DNA from: an uncultured Thermoplasmata archaeon
GTDB lineage: Archaea; Thermoplasmatota; Thermoplasmata; UBA10834
Assembly: GCA_963719945.1 (NCBI GenBank)
Contig: CAVRDX010000001.1
Span: 448,001 to 512,000 of the forward strand
Length of the DNA: 64,000 bases
Direction of reading: 5' to 3'
Numbering within the stretch: the first letter of the stretch is position 1; every line of letters starts with the position of its first letter. The notes under the pieces are model-generated. The model had not been told where the DNA came from. It worked only from the letters and a program-made list of their open reading frames with translations, and did not search any database. Below, one piece after another: positions 1 to 9,832 of the stretch. The translations under genes and the position numbers were made by a program.

Positions 1-1
1 C

Positions 2-544
2 ATGGAGTTCAGATACAAGGCGATGCTCGCGATGAAAGCGGCTCGGGAGAGGATACTCCGTGTGGAGAAGGAGTTCAAGCAGGTGTTCGGGAGGGAATAC
101 GGAGGCCTGCTGGAGAACTACCGTTGTGACGACGCTGAAGTGGTTCTGGTAGCTGCGGGATCCACGGCCGCCACCGCCATGGATGTGGTCGATAGCCTGA
201 GGGAGAAAGGACAGAAGGTAGGACTTGCCAGGCTGAGGGTGTTCAGGCCGTTCCCGCATGAGGAGTTCAGGGCACTCGCAAGCAAGGTTGCCGGCATCGC
301 GGTACTTGATCGGAGCTACACATTCGGCGTTTCGGGTGCATTCTTCACCGAGATCAAAGGATCGATCTACGACTGCCCCAAGAGACCCGCGATGAAGAAC
401 TACATCGCTGGTCTGGGTGGGCGGGACATAACCCCGGCGATATTGGAGAAGATATTCGATGACATCCAACTCTTTGTCAAGCGCAGGGAGGAGACCGATG
501 TCGAATGGGTCGATGTGGCAGGTCTCCCTAGGAGGTGGCACTGA
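2..544 (+). CDS. porA: 2-oxoacid:ferredoxin oxidoreductase alpha subunit, C-terminal part (truncated by window edge)
   Basis: DAEVVLVAAGS, RLRVFRPFP and GLGGRDIT motifs; adjacent to the beta subunit. Confidence 0.9.
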   Translation: MEFRYKAMLAMKAARERILRVEKEFKQVFGREYGGLLENYRCDDAEVVLVAAGSTAATAMDVVDSLREKGQKVGLARLRVFRPFPHEEFRALASKVAGIAVLDRSYTFGVSGAFFTEIKGSIYDCPKRPAMKNYIAGLGGRDITPAILEKIFDDIQLFVKRREETDVEWVDVAGLPRRWH

Positions 545-1434
545 TGCCCAAGACTACCATCCCTGAGGAAGAGTACACATATCCTGGAAGCACGGGTTGT
601 CCTGGATGCGGTGCAAACCTTGTGATGAGATACCTGTTGAAGGGTCTCGGGGAGAGGACCATCGTATCGATCCCGGCTTGTTGCTGGGCGGTGATGCCAG
701 GATACTGGCCGAGCAACTGTCTGAAGGTTCCGCTCGTATATTCGGCCTTCGAGGCCACCGGCGCATCGATATCCGGATTGCGCGCTGCTCTGGATATGAA
801 GGGCGTTGAGGATGTCACGGTGGTCGGATTCGCTGGTGATGGAGGGACCGTGGATATCGGCCTGCAATCGTTGTCCGGGGCCGCGGAGCGACAGACCGAT
901 GCCATCTATGTGATGTACGATAACGAAGCCTACATGAACACTGGCATTCAAAGGAGCGGCTCCACCCCATGGGGCGCATGGACCACCACGACGCCAGTTG
1001 GTAAGAATCACGACTTCAAACAGGAGCAGAAGAAGGATATCATGGCTATAATGCAAGCTCACAGAGTGCCATACGCAGCGACGGTTTCCGTTGCGCATCC
1101 CGAGGATTTCATAAAGAAGGTCGAGAAGGCAAAGGCCATCAAGGGATTGAAGTTCATACACGCGCTATCGCCTTGCCCGCCTGGCTGGAAGGCCAACCCG
1201 ATGCATACGATCGGGATCGCAAGACTCGCTGTCGATACTCATGTGTTTCCACTCTATGAGATCGAGAACGGGAAGGTGCATGTGACGCGGAAAGGGAAGG
1301 GTCTGCCAGTGAGCGACTATCTGAAGCTCCAAGGGCGCTTCTCCCACCTGACTCCGGATGAGGTATCCTCGATACAGAGTGCGGTGGAGGCTAATTGGGC
1401 CCTTCTGCTGGAGAAAGAAGAATCCGGCACATGA
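535..1434 (+). CDS. porB: 2-oxoacid:ferredoxin oxidoreductase beta subunit (TPP-binding)
   Basis: GCPGCG, GDGG...DNEAYMNTG TPP motif, SPCP. Confidence 0.92.
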   Translation: MALMPKTTIPEEEYTYPGSTGCPGCGANLVMRYLLKGLGERTIVSIPACCWAVMPGYWPSNCLKVPLVYSAFEATGASISGLRAALDMKGVEDVTVVGFAGDGGTVDIGLQSLSGAAERQTDAIYVMYDNEAYMNTGIQRSGSTPWGAWTTTTPVGKNHDFKQEQKKDIMAIMQAHRVPYAATVSVAHPEDFIKKVEKAKAIKGLKFIHALSPCPPGWKANPMHTIGIARLAVDTHVFPLYEIENGKVHVTRKGKGLPVSDYLKLQGRFSHLTPDEVSSIQSAVEANWALLLEKEESGT

Positions 1435-1445
1435 TCCAGTCTGAC

Positions 1446-2579
1446 TCAGAGTATTGGCACAAGTCTTCTCCGCTTATAGCCGACCACGACTTTGACGCTG
1501 CCTCTGAGCTGTGCATCCAACGACGCATCTCCTGTGTCAACTCTCAGCTGGGGCGTAGATAGTAGTTTTGTTGGCGTGCATATTATGATCACATTATCCA
1601 GTCCAACTCGCCTGATAACCTCGGGAGATATCTGCTGATTGCCTCGCCCGAACAGAAACCCTTGGGCGCCGATCGGCGAGACGATTATCCTCGCCGGTCT
1701 CCCTGAAGCCATGATTGCTTCAAGGTCTCTCTCGGATGCATCGCGGCATACGATGTAGCCATCCCTGTAGACATCTACGCCCAGCAAGGTCTTGTCCGCC
1801 TGCATCGCTTCTGCGATGTGGGAGGTTGTGCCTCCTGGGCCGATGATGTATGTGATATCGGGTTCCATCGTGTCTACCATGAACTGGCCCAATTCCGTCA
1901 TTTCATCGTCGGCCGTGCCCGAAGCAAAGGATTGTTTTCCAGTCTGCATATGTAGGCAATCGTCAGGCACGCGCGCCACCCCGAATAGACGACTTATGAC
2001 CTTGCCATCCCTGAATGCTTCCTCATCTATGTCCATAACATCGGCTTCTTCAGATGTTCGGGATATGAGGAATGACTGAATCACCTGCGACAAGGCTTGG
2101 GGTGTGTTCAAGAAGACTGCAGAATGCATCTTGACTCCTGCCGGAACGCCCAAGATCGGGATAGTGGTGCCGACCACAGACAAGACATCCCTCGCGGTCC
2201 CGTCTCCTCCGACGAATATGATTATCTCAGCACCTTCGTCGATGAACATTGCCACACTGGTCCTAGTATCCTCGGAATCCGTCTCCGGTTTGGCTTTGTA
2301 GACCACTTGAGACGTCAATCCGACTGCGTTGAGGGCGCTCTCCCCCATGATTCCAGAACAGGTGACGAACTCGATTGGGAGCTCTGCAGATTTGATTCCA
2401 CGCAACGAATCGATGGCTCTCTGCTCAGCCATCCTGACCGCTCCTCGATTCACGGCCTCTGCAACCGCATCGGCTCCGTCAGTCCCCTTCAGACCGACCG
2501 GTCCTCCCATGCCGGCGATTGGATTGATGACGAAGCCAGCCTTCATCGAGACGGTTAGCGACTTGCGACTAGAAACCAT
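1446..2579 (-). CDS. ATP-NAD kinase family protein
   Basis: INPIAGMGG..GLKGTDG, GGDGTARD, GVKMHS, GFLFGRGNQQIS. Confidence 0.85.
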   Translation of the reverse strand: MVSSRKSLTVSMKAGFVINPIAGMGGPVGLKGTDGADAVAEAVNRGAVRMAEQRAIDSLRGIKSAELPIEFVTCSGIMGESALNAVGLTSQVVYKAKPETDSEDTRTSVAMFIDEGAEIIIFVGGDGTARDVLSVVGTTIPILGVPAGVKMHSAVFLNTPQALSQVIQSFLISRTSEEADVMDIDEEAFRDGKVISRLFGVARVPDDCLHMQTGKQSFASGTADDEMTELGQFMVDTMEPDITYIIGPGGTTSHIAEAMQADKTLLGVDVYRDGYIVCRDASERDLEAIMASGRPARIIVSPIGAQGFLFGRGNQQISPEVIRRVGLDNVIIICTPTKLLSTPQLRVDTGDASLDAQLRGSVKVVVGYKRRRLVPIL

Positions 2580-2634
2580 TTGTCGTCATCAGCTGCCTGA
2601 AAAACACCAGTGAAAGGGGTTTTCTGTCCGATAG

Positions 2635-3042
2635 TCATACCCAAGCGAAGTTATTCTTTGACGGCGGCAAGATGAATCGCTCCGCTTCCTGTATGGAATC
2701 GAATCTCCACGTATGCACGGATGCCAGTTTCGGAGGTTCGCGGCCTGAGGCAGTCCATACCTTCACATGAACATCGAAGCTGTCTGTATCCTCATGAGAC
2801 ATCCTCTTCATCATCACGTTGCCCATGGTTCCATTCAGATGCTTTCCGGTGCCGTACCGTGAGGGTACGAACACTGAACCGATCAACTTCTCCTCATTCA
2901 CCGGCACGGAATCTGGGTCGAAGACGATCGGCTCGCAGAGCCTCCTGACTTCGTCTTCGAGATAGTCATTCCTGACCTCGTTCCATTCCGACTCGTCGAT
3001 CGTCTGAAGCCAATTCCCGGAACCCTTGAGGATGTGTCTCAT
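2635..3042 (-). CDS. hypothetical protein, probably co-transcribed with the RHH/ftsZ-like genes
   Basis: 135 aa ORF with upstream GGAGG; co-oriented 36 bp downstream of the ftsZ-like gene. Confidence 0.6.
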   Translation of the reverse strand: MRHILKGSGNWLQTIDESEWNEVRNDYLEDEVRRLCEPIVFDPDSVPVNEEKLIGSVFVPSRYGTGKHLNGTMGNVMMKRMSHEDTDSFDVHVKVWTASGREPPKLASVHTWRFDSIQEAERFILPPSKNNFAWV

Positions 3043-3077
3043 GGGCTGCGCCTCCGCTCACGTGTCTCCTTGGCTTC

Positions 3078-3860
3078 TCAGAAGAAGCCAGGTCCGAAAC
3101 TGTTGAGCATCGGATTCAGATCGGCATGTATCATCGGTCCTTCCATTCCTGGGGGCATTGTCTGTGGGACCTCTTCCGATGCATCCGTGAATCCGGATAT
3201 CTCTTCCATGAGCGAGCTCACATACGAGCTGGTCTGTTGGGAAACGGAGTCCACGATCTTCATGACGCTCCTGTCGATGACTCCCATTGCCTCAGAGATC
3301 GGCAAATCGTCTCCCAGGCCGACCAACTTGTTATTGTCGAGCACGACCGTGAAATTCGCGTTTTCCTTTAGCTTGCCGAGCCCATGCATCGCAGTCTTCC
3401 TGCGCTGTGCGCCCTCTACATCGAATGGAAGTATCGGTACAGCGAACGAGATCGCGTTCATCTCCTTGGCGACATTTGCCACTATGGGCGCAACGCCCGT
3501 ACCCGTGCCGCCGCCCATCCCTGCGACGACGAACACGATGTCGTAGCCTCTTATCGCCTCTCTTATGACCTCGCGAGCCTTCTCCGCGCAATGCTCACCG
3601 ATCTCAGGGTAGCCGCTGGCATCTTTGCCAAAGGACACATCCTTGCCTATCAACACCTTCCGGTGAGCATCTGTCTTCCTCAAATGCTCCTCATCCGTGT
3701 TGATGGCAACGGTCTCGACTCTATTGTGCTTCCAGTACATCCCATGCACAATATTCGAGCCTGCCCCTCCGCAGCCAACGACTGCAATCGTCGGTTCGCC
3801 CAAACTCACTCCCAATGAATTGATTATCTCTTCCGTCCTGCTCCCTTCTTCCGCCGTCAT
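3078..3860 (-). CDS. FtsZ-like GTPase, N-terminal domain only (no T7 loop or C-terminal domain)
   Basis: GCGGAGSN, INTD, GMGGGTGTG, PFDVEG and DNNKL motifs; no NxDxAD after helix H7; start placed at MTAEE (260 aa). Confidence 0.85.
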   Translation of the reverse strand: MTAEEGSRTEEIINSLGVSLGEPTIAVVGCGGAGSNIVHGMYWKHNRVETVAINTDEEHLRKTDAHRKVLIGKDVSFGKDASGYPEIGEHCAEKAREVIREAIRGYDIVFVVAGMGGGTGTGVAPIVANVAKEMNAISFAVPILPFDVEGAQRRKTAMHGLGKLKENANFTVVLDNNKLVGLGDDLPISEAMGVIDRSVMKIVDSVSQQTSSYVSSLMEEISGFTDASEEVPQTMPPGMEGPMIHADLNPMLNSFGPGFF

Positions 3861-3954
3861 CCTTTTCTGGCCTCCGTTCACCGTTGACAATCGAGAGAGG
3901 ACCCTCTCTGCTGAGAGAATCCCCCCACCACGCCAAGGCGCCCACAAACGGTGC

Positions 3955-4335
3955 CTACGCTCGGGGAACGATCTTAACCGTGCTCCTCTGTTGGGTCACG
4001 TCCTTCTTTATGGTCTCCACGTGATCCGCGTGGAGGAAGTGGTGTCGGGCGCAATCGCTGAGCGCTTCGGATACTGAATTGTAGACTCCCTCGGCCACGA
4101 GGTGTACAACCGTATCCATCACTAGAGGTGGTAGCTCCACAACCACCTCATTCGGTTTGCTGTTCGCTCCCTCTGCACAGCCTAGCTTAGCATCCATGTA
4201 TGCGCGTATTGCAGCGCGTGCTAGTTGCGACCTGTTGGAGAACTCCTTGCTGTTCGTTATGAACTCATCGATTAGTCGGAGATCATCCGAGTCAAGGCGA
4301 AGAGTTATCCGTTCATTCTCCAACGGGTCGTTCAT
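3955..4335 (-). CDS. tandem ribbon-helix-helix (CopG/CdrS-like) transcription factor
   Basis: RITLRL...NRSQLARAAIR plus a second VVVELP...SVSEALSDCAR unit; upstream of the ftsZ-like gene, as in cdrS-ftsZ loci. Confidence 0.75.
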   Translation of the reverse strand: MNDPLENERITLRLDSDDLRLIDEFITNSKEFSNRSQLARAAIRAYMDAKLGCAEGANSKPNEVVVELPPLVMDTVVHLVAEGVYNSVSEALSDCARHHFLHADHVETIKKDVTQQRSTVKIVPRA

Positions 4336-4375
4336 GTGTGCATCCCATCCCGATTTGCTGACGCAGAAGGAACAT

Positions 4376-4490
4376 ATGTCATACAATCATATATATAGGT
4401 ATCCAAAATGTCACATTTCGTCTGATAATGTCATACCAAGTCCACTGGCCTGTCATAACTGTGTCTTCAAACTGTGCCGCCAGTCATCCA
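4376..4490 (-). promoter_or_regulatory. promoter of the RHH-ftsZ-like operon with repeated TGTCATAC-like boxes
   Basis: TATA-like (AT)n at 4389-4397; ATGTCATAC at 4376 and 4428, ATGTCACAT at 4408, TGTCATAAC at 4451, AGTCATCC at 4482. Confidence 0.55.
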
Positions 4491-4583
4491 ATTCAATGAT
4501 TGCACCAATGAGTCCAGTTCCGCGGGCAAGCTTTATCAACAGCATCCTGTATGCATCATTTAGCCTAGAGGGGAATCTACTAG

Positions 4584-4877
4584 ATGGCATCAAATGATGA
4601 TAGCAAACGCAAGAAGCCCTTCAAACTGAATGGAACACCTATCGTGGTGGGGGTCGGTATAGCGTTGTTCGTCATGGGTTTCGTGATTACAGTATATTCG
4701 TTATCCTCGCTCGAGACTGTCAGCGCTGAGAGCGATGGATCTGCATCCGAATCCCAAGTTTTCAGTTCATCCTCTCTGCCATTGTTCATCGGCCTTGCAC
4801 TCAGCCTCGCGGGAGTAGTATCAGCAACTGCGGGTCCAGCGGCGTTCTTCTTGCATAGCAAGAGGCGCGAAGCTTGA
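4584..4877 (+). CDS. small two-TM membrane protein
   Basis: 97 aa, two hydrophobic helices, SD-like GAGGGG upstream. Confidence 0.6.
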   Translation: MASNDDSKRKKPFKLNGTPIVVGVGIALFVMGFVITVYSLSSLETVSAESDGSASESQVFSSSSLPLFIGLALSLAGVVSATAGPAAFFLHSKRREA

Positions 4878-4944
4878 GTATATCGATCTCTCAAGAAACC
4901 TTTTATTGGTATCAACCATTCCGTCATACCGCTGGCTGAGCAAG

Positions 4945-7827
4945 ATGACACTCGATTTCTCGGCGATGGAAGCCAAATGGAGGACCGCCTGGTACAAAGC
5001 CAGGATAAACGAATCGAATCCCGCGCCTGGAAAGAAGAAATTCTTCATGATATTCGCGTACCCTGGCGTCACAGGATACCTCCACGTTGGTCACATGAGG
5101 GGATACACCATAACCGACGCGATCGTCCGGTACAAGATGATGACTGGACACAACGTCTTATTCCCTGTAGGGACTCATTCGACAGGCAACGGCGCAATCA
5201 GTTTCGCCCGCAAGGTGGAGAGAAGGGACGCAGCCACGATCGGTATACTGGAAGCCAATGGGTGCACCTCCGAGACGATCGAATCTCTTGCGAACGTAGA
5301 TGGTGTCGTCAAGTTCTTCAACGAGGTCTATGTGAATGATTATTGGAAGCGGTTCGGCTTCATGTCCGATTGGCGTAGGTTCACATGTACTACATATCCA
5401 GATTACTCCAAGTTCATAGAATGGCAGATGCGCAAGCTGAAGGCCCATGGACTTCTCATTCAGAAGCCATATTTCGCACCAGCTTGTCTTGAGCACGGGC
5501 CGGTTGCGATCGACGCTTCCGAGACCGATATTCAGAAGGGTGGAACCGCCGAGGTGCTGGAATATACCTTGCTGAAGTTCGATCTGGACGACGGTCGGTA
5601 TCTGGTTGCAGCGACCCTACGCCCTGAGACGGTGTTTGGTCTCACGAACTTCTGGGTGAACCCTGATGTGGAATACGTCGATGCAGAGGTGGATGGCGAG
5701 ACATGGGTGGTCAGCAGACCCGCCGCAGAGAAGCTCGCACTGCAGATGGATTCGGTCAAGGTGCTGGGCTCAGCTGACGGCAGCGCGCTGATGGGGATGA
5801 GGTGCAGGGCGCCATACACGGGCAAGATGATCCCTGTGTTCCCATCGAATCTATGCGATCCGAACGTTGGCACCGGGCTCGTCATGAGCGTTCCATCGGA
5901 CGCACCGGTCGATTGGATCGGTCTCGTTGAGCTGAAGCGCGACTCCGATATGAGGGCACGCTACGGTCTGAAAGATGATATGATTGAGGCCACAAAGCCG
6001 ATCGCGATCATAGATACGCCCGGCTGGGGTCCGATGCCCGCGGTCGAGATATGCGCGAAGATGGGGATATCCTCGCTGGTCGATCCAAAACTGGAGGAGG
6101 CGACCAAGGAGGTCTACAAGGCCGGCTTCCACAGGGGAGTCATGAACTCTTCATGTGGGGAGTTCTCTGGAAAGCCAGTCGAGGTTGCGAAGGATGCGAT
6201 CAGGGAGCAGATGCTTGCCAACCGCCAGGCCGCCATGATGCGCGACCTGTCCGAGGAAGTCATTTGTCGATGTGGTGAGAAGGTCCTCGTGCGAAAGATT
6301 CCAGATCAATGGTTCATCGATTATTCGAATCCGGGTCTAAAGGAGCGGTCGAAGGAACACGCAAGGAGCATGAAGATCCTGCCCAAGGAGTACTTCGACA
6401 ACATACAGAATGTCATAGAATGGTACAGGGAGAGGGCATGTGTCCGCCTTGGCAATTGGCTCGGCACGAGATTCCCCTTCGACCAGAGATGGATAATCGA
6501 GGCGATCGCCGATAGCACGTTGTATCCTGTCTATTATGTCCTGTCCAGATACGTGAACGAGGGTATCATAAAAGCCGAAGGTATGACCGAGAAGTTCTTC
6601 GATTATGTGATCCTTGGTGAAGGGGATGCGGCGGTCATCGAGGCAGAATCAGGCATATCAAAGAAGACACTCGACGAGATGAGGGCGGAGTTCGAGTATT
6701 GGTATCCTCTCGATATCAACCTCGGTGGCAAGGAGCACATGACCGTTCACTTCCCGGTCTTCCTGATGAACCATGTCGCAATCCTGAGGCCTGAGCACCG
6801 CCCAAGCGGAATCATGGTCAACTGGTATATCACGTCCACTGGCGGAAAGATATCCAAGTCTAAGGGCGGCGCGCAACCGATCCCCGATGCTGCAGAGAAG
6901 TTCGGGGTAGATGCGATGCGCCTCTTCTATGCGCACATAGCCTCTCTCTTCGTAGATGTTGCCTGGGATGACGAGAAGGTCGAGAGCTACAGGGACCGAC
7001 TTGAGAAGACCTGGAACCTTGTGGACGATATATTGGCCGTTAGAACCGAGGAAAGCACTGGAATGGACACATGGCTCTCGGCGAGATTGAACATGCGCCT
7101 GGCCAAACTCCATGCATATATGGCGGACTATGATGTCCGGTCGTACTCCAACGAAGTGTATTTCGAGCTCCCTCAGGACATCAAATGGTACCTCCGAAGA
7201 GGCGGAAAGAGCAGGAACGCCCTGATGGATGCGCTGAGAATATGGATTCCTCTCATGACTCCTATCACACCTCATCTGTCCGAGGAATTATGGGAACACA
7301 TGGGCGAGAAACCCTTCGTGTCTCTGCACCGACTCCCCGATGGGAACACGAGCGATGAAGTGATCTCCGAGGAGGCCAAGGAGAAACTCGTCCAGAATCT
7401 CATACAGGATGTCTCTGAGATACTGAAGGTGACGAGCATGACTCCTTCGAAGATCTCCATAATGGTTGCTCCATCATGGAAGATCGAGATGCTTTCTGCT
7501 GCGCTGAAGCAGCCAAAAGGCAAGGTGGATGTGTCCTCGTTGATCAAGGCCGCCATGGTCAACGCGAAGACGCCCGAGATGAGGAAGGCTATTCCGGCTT
7601 TCGCAAAGGATGTCGCCCAGGAGGTTTCGAGGGCCGCGGAGCATGACCGCGTCATGCTGTCTGCAGAATTCGACGAGCTCGAGGTGCTCAAAGCTGCTAG
7701 CGGTTTCTTGGGCGAACAGTTCGGATGTCTGGTCGAAGTTCGCTCGGTCGACGACCCTGAGCTAGTCGACCCGAAAGGACGCAGCAGGTTTGCCAAGCCT
7801 GGGCGGCCCGCAGTGTATGCTGAATAA
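4945..7827 (+). CDS. leuS: leucine--tRNA ligase (archaeal type)
   Basis: YLHVGH (HIGH), ATLRPET, KISKSKG (KMSKS), C-terminal AKPGRPAVY. Confidence 0.97.
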   Translation: MTLDFSAMEAKWRTAWYKARINESNPAPGKKKFFMIFAYPGVTGYLHVGHMRGYTITDAIVRYKMMTGHNVLFPVGTHSTGNGAISFARKVERRDAATIGILEANGCTSETIESLANVDGVVKFFNEVYVNDYWKRFGFMSDWRRFTCTTYPDYSKFIEWQMRKLKAHGLLIQKPYFAPACLEHGPVAIDASETDIQKGGTAEVLEYTLLKFDLDDGRYLVAATLRPETVFGLTNFWVNPDVEYVDAEVDGETWVVSRPAAEKLALQMDSVKVLGSADGSALMGMRCRAPYTGKMIPVFPSNLCDPNVGTGLVMSVPSDAPVDWIGLVELKRDSDMRARYGLKDDMIEATKPIAIIDTPGWGPMPAVEICAKMGISSLVDPKLEEATKEVYKAGFHRGVMNSSCGEFSGKPVEVAKDAIREQMLANRQAAMMRDLSEEVICRCGEKVLVRKIPDQWFIDYSNPGLKERSKEHARSMKILPKEYFDNIQNVIEWYRERACVRLGNWLGTRFPFDQRWIIEAIADSTLYPVYYVLSRYVNEGIIKAEGMTEKFFDYVILGEGDAAVIEAESGISKKTLDEMRAEFEYWYPLDINLGGKEHMTVHFPVFLMNHVAILRPEHRPSGIMVNWYITSTGGKISKSKGGAQPIPDAAEKFGVDAMRLFYAHIASLFVDVAWDDEKVESYRDRLEKTWNLVDDILAVRTEESTGMDTWLSARLNMRLAKLHAYMADYDVRSYSNEVYFELPQDIKWYLRRGGKSRNALMDALRIWIPLMTPITPHLSEELWEHMGEKPFVSLHRLPDGNTSDEVISEEAKEKLVQNLIQDVSEILKVTSMTPSKISIMVAPSWKIEMLSAALKQPKGKVDVSSLIKAAMVNAKTPEMRKAIPAFAKDVAQEVSRAAEHDRVMLSAEFDELEVLKAASGFLGEQFGCLVEVRSVDDPELVDPKGRSRFAKPGRPAVYAE

Positions 7828-7986
7828 CTGCATAATCCAGCATCCAGGTTCATCTGTTGCCGCATATCTACGAGGTCGTTGTAGACTCCGATGATCTAGC
7901 GTTCAATGGCATCTACTTGTGATGTGTGATAACGAGATGCGAAAGCATTAAGAGCAATCTGACCAGATACTGCCATACTGGTCCTC

Positions 7987-9828
7987 ATGATGCGTTTCAG
8001 GACAGCAATGTTAGCTCTTTTCTTGTGCATGGCACTCATCGTCTCAATTCCAATGGGGACTTCCGCTCAAGGCGGGAATGCGATGATAATCGAATCGAAG
8101 CTGTCTTTCACAGCCCTGGACACAATGGCGGGAAATGGTGTGGTTGTGCTGACATTCGAAGGCGATCCCGCCATAGAATTGCGTCAATCAATATTCACAA
8201 ACGATAACACCGATTTCGACGCTAATATGAACCAGTATCTCGAATTGTCAGAGAGCAGAGCGTTTCTTGTCGCGTTCACGAATGCCCTGGTTGGCAAACA
8301 ACACTGGGGCATGACGATCGATAGCCTCACCGACTTTCAGAACATGACCGATTCCGAATTGAGATATGCCACTTCAGGCGTAGTCGATACGAGATATACC
8401 TCCACCAATCCGATATCCATCAAGATAGAGTTCGACTGCATGGGCGAGAGTGTCATGAAGCTCATCAGGCCATCGGAGGTTCCGTTGGAGACCTTCGTTG
8501 GAGCACTCAACTCTGTCACCGGTTTCACGTTCGCAGGCACATTGATCTTGAAAGACCGTGTGATGCTGTTCGGGATAAGCAGTTTCACATCTCCTGATCT
8601 GGTTGCAGGCAAGTTCAGCGAGGTTAGGACTCCCATCGGTACGATCCTATGGTATTCTTTTGAGGGTGAGATCCTGTCGGGCGAGACGGCACCCCAGGAG
8701 ACCATGACTTATGAGCCTTTCAGCATCTATGAGAACAACCAGATATCCTTTGTCGTGCTTCTATTTGGGTGCATACTGATATTGAGGGTATCGTCGAAGA
8801 GGTTCAACAAGTATCTGATGCAGCACCCTAAGCGTTTCAGAGCGTCTGCCAAACAACTCCCAGTCGTCAGATGGTTGACCTGGGCTATGGTGGCGGTTCT
8901 TTGCATGTTCTACGTGCTCCCGTTCATATTCTCATTCGCCAGCAGGAGCACGATGATCTATGGTTCATACATGTATTTCCTGGTCCCTGGGTTGATTGTC
9001 GCAAGCCACATCTTCTCGAAGACGCTCTACGATCGCGCGTCTTTCCGGATACCAGATGATATCGTCATCCCTGTGAAGCAGGCGGTCGTGAGGCAAGATG
9101 ACGATTCATACACGATGAGATGCCAGATGTGCATGCGTCCCATCGATGTCGAGAAGGAACTCTACGAATGCATATGCGGATACCAGATGCACATGATATG
9201 TGCTGAGAAGGCCCAGGCATGCCCGCTATGCGGCGAGGTGCTGTTCCCGGAGCACACGCGGTCGATCCAATGCAAAGCGTGTGAGGAGACCTTCCTGTCG
9301 ACCGGTGAAGAAGATCCGTATACGCTACAATGTACTAGATGCGGCGCGTTCCAGGAGGAAGTGAAGGGTGGGAGAAACTACCTCATCGTGGACATCGATT
9401 CGCGAAGAGGGTACAACATGATACGCGCCATGGGGCTTTCAGGCCGTCCCGCGTTGGTCATGACGAACGAATTCCCGGGGAAGGTGCGCGAACAATACGA
9501 CCTCGGTGATGATTTCGACGTAAAATGCCTGTGCGACAGCACGACCGATATTGACAGCGTGAACATAAACGACCTGGACGGGGACGCGATGGAGACCGTG
9601 TCCACATTCCTTATGACGACGAAACGCTCCGGACTGCTGATAGAGGGTCTTGAGGCGATCATATTCAAAAACGGATTCGATGCTGGGTTGGCATTCATAA
9701 AGAGGGTCAACGACCTATCCGCGATTCATGGCGCGTCGGTCATCGTACCAGTGAACAAGGAAAATATTCCTGAGGATGAGTACAAGCTCATCAGCGATGA
9801 GTTCGACGAGGTACACGATTACATGTGA
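7987..9828 (+). CDS. membrane protein: signal peptide, extracellular domain, 3 TM, RING-like and Zn-ribbon fingers, C-terminal DUF835 (inactive KaiC-like) domain
   Basis: N-terminal hydrophobic signal; Cys clusters; C-terminal LLIEGLEAIIFKNGF...FIKRVND resembling DUF835. Confidence 0.7.
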   Translation: MMRFRTAMLALFLCMALIVSIPMGTSAQGGNAMIIESKLSFTALDTMAGNGVVVLTFEGDPAIELRQSIFTNDNTDFDANMNQYLELSESRAFLVAFTNALVGKQHWGMTIDSLTDFQNMTDSELRYATSGVVDTRYTSTNPISIKIEFDCMGESVMKLIRPSEVPLETFVGALNSVTGFTFAGTLILKDRVMLFGISSFTSPDLVAGKFSEVRTPIGTILWYSFEGEILSGETAPQETMTYEPFSIYENNQISFVVLLFGCILILRVSSKRFNKYLMQHPKRFRASAKQLPVVRWLTWAMVAVLCMFYVLPFIFSFASRSTMIYGSYMYFLVPGLIVASHIFSKTLYDRASFRIPDDIVIPVKQAVVRQDDDSYTMRCQMCMRPIDVEKELYECICGYQMHMICAEKAQACPLCGEVLFPEHTRSIQCKACEETFLSTGEEDPYTLQCTRCGAFQEEVKGGRNYLIVDIDSRRGYNMIRAMGLSGRPALVMTNEFPGKVREQYDLGDDFDVKCLCDSTTDIDSVNINDLDGDAMETVSTFLMTTKRSGLLIEGLEAIIFKNGFDAGLAFIKRVNDLSAIHGASVIVPVNKENIPEDEYKLISDEFDEVHDYM

Positions 9829-9832
9829 GGAG

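Noticed and set aside
400-1161. Long antisense ORFs (also 6658-7275, 21364-22197, 43292-44146, 59519-60391)
   Set aside because: They overlap well-supported genes on the opposite strand and have no recognisable motifs.
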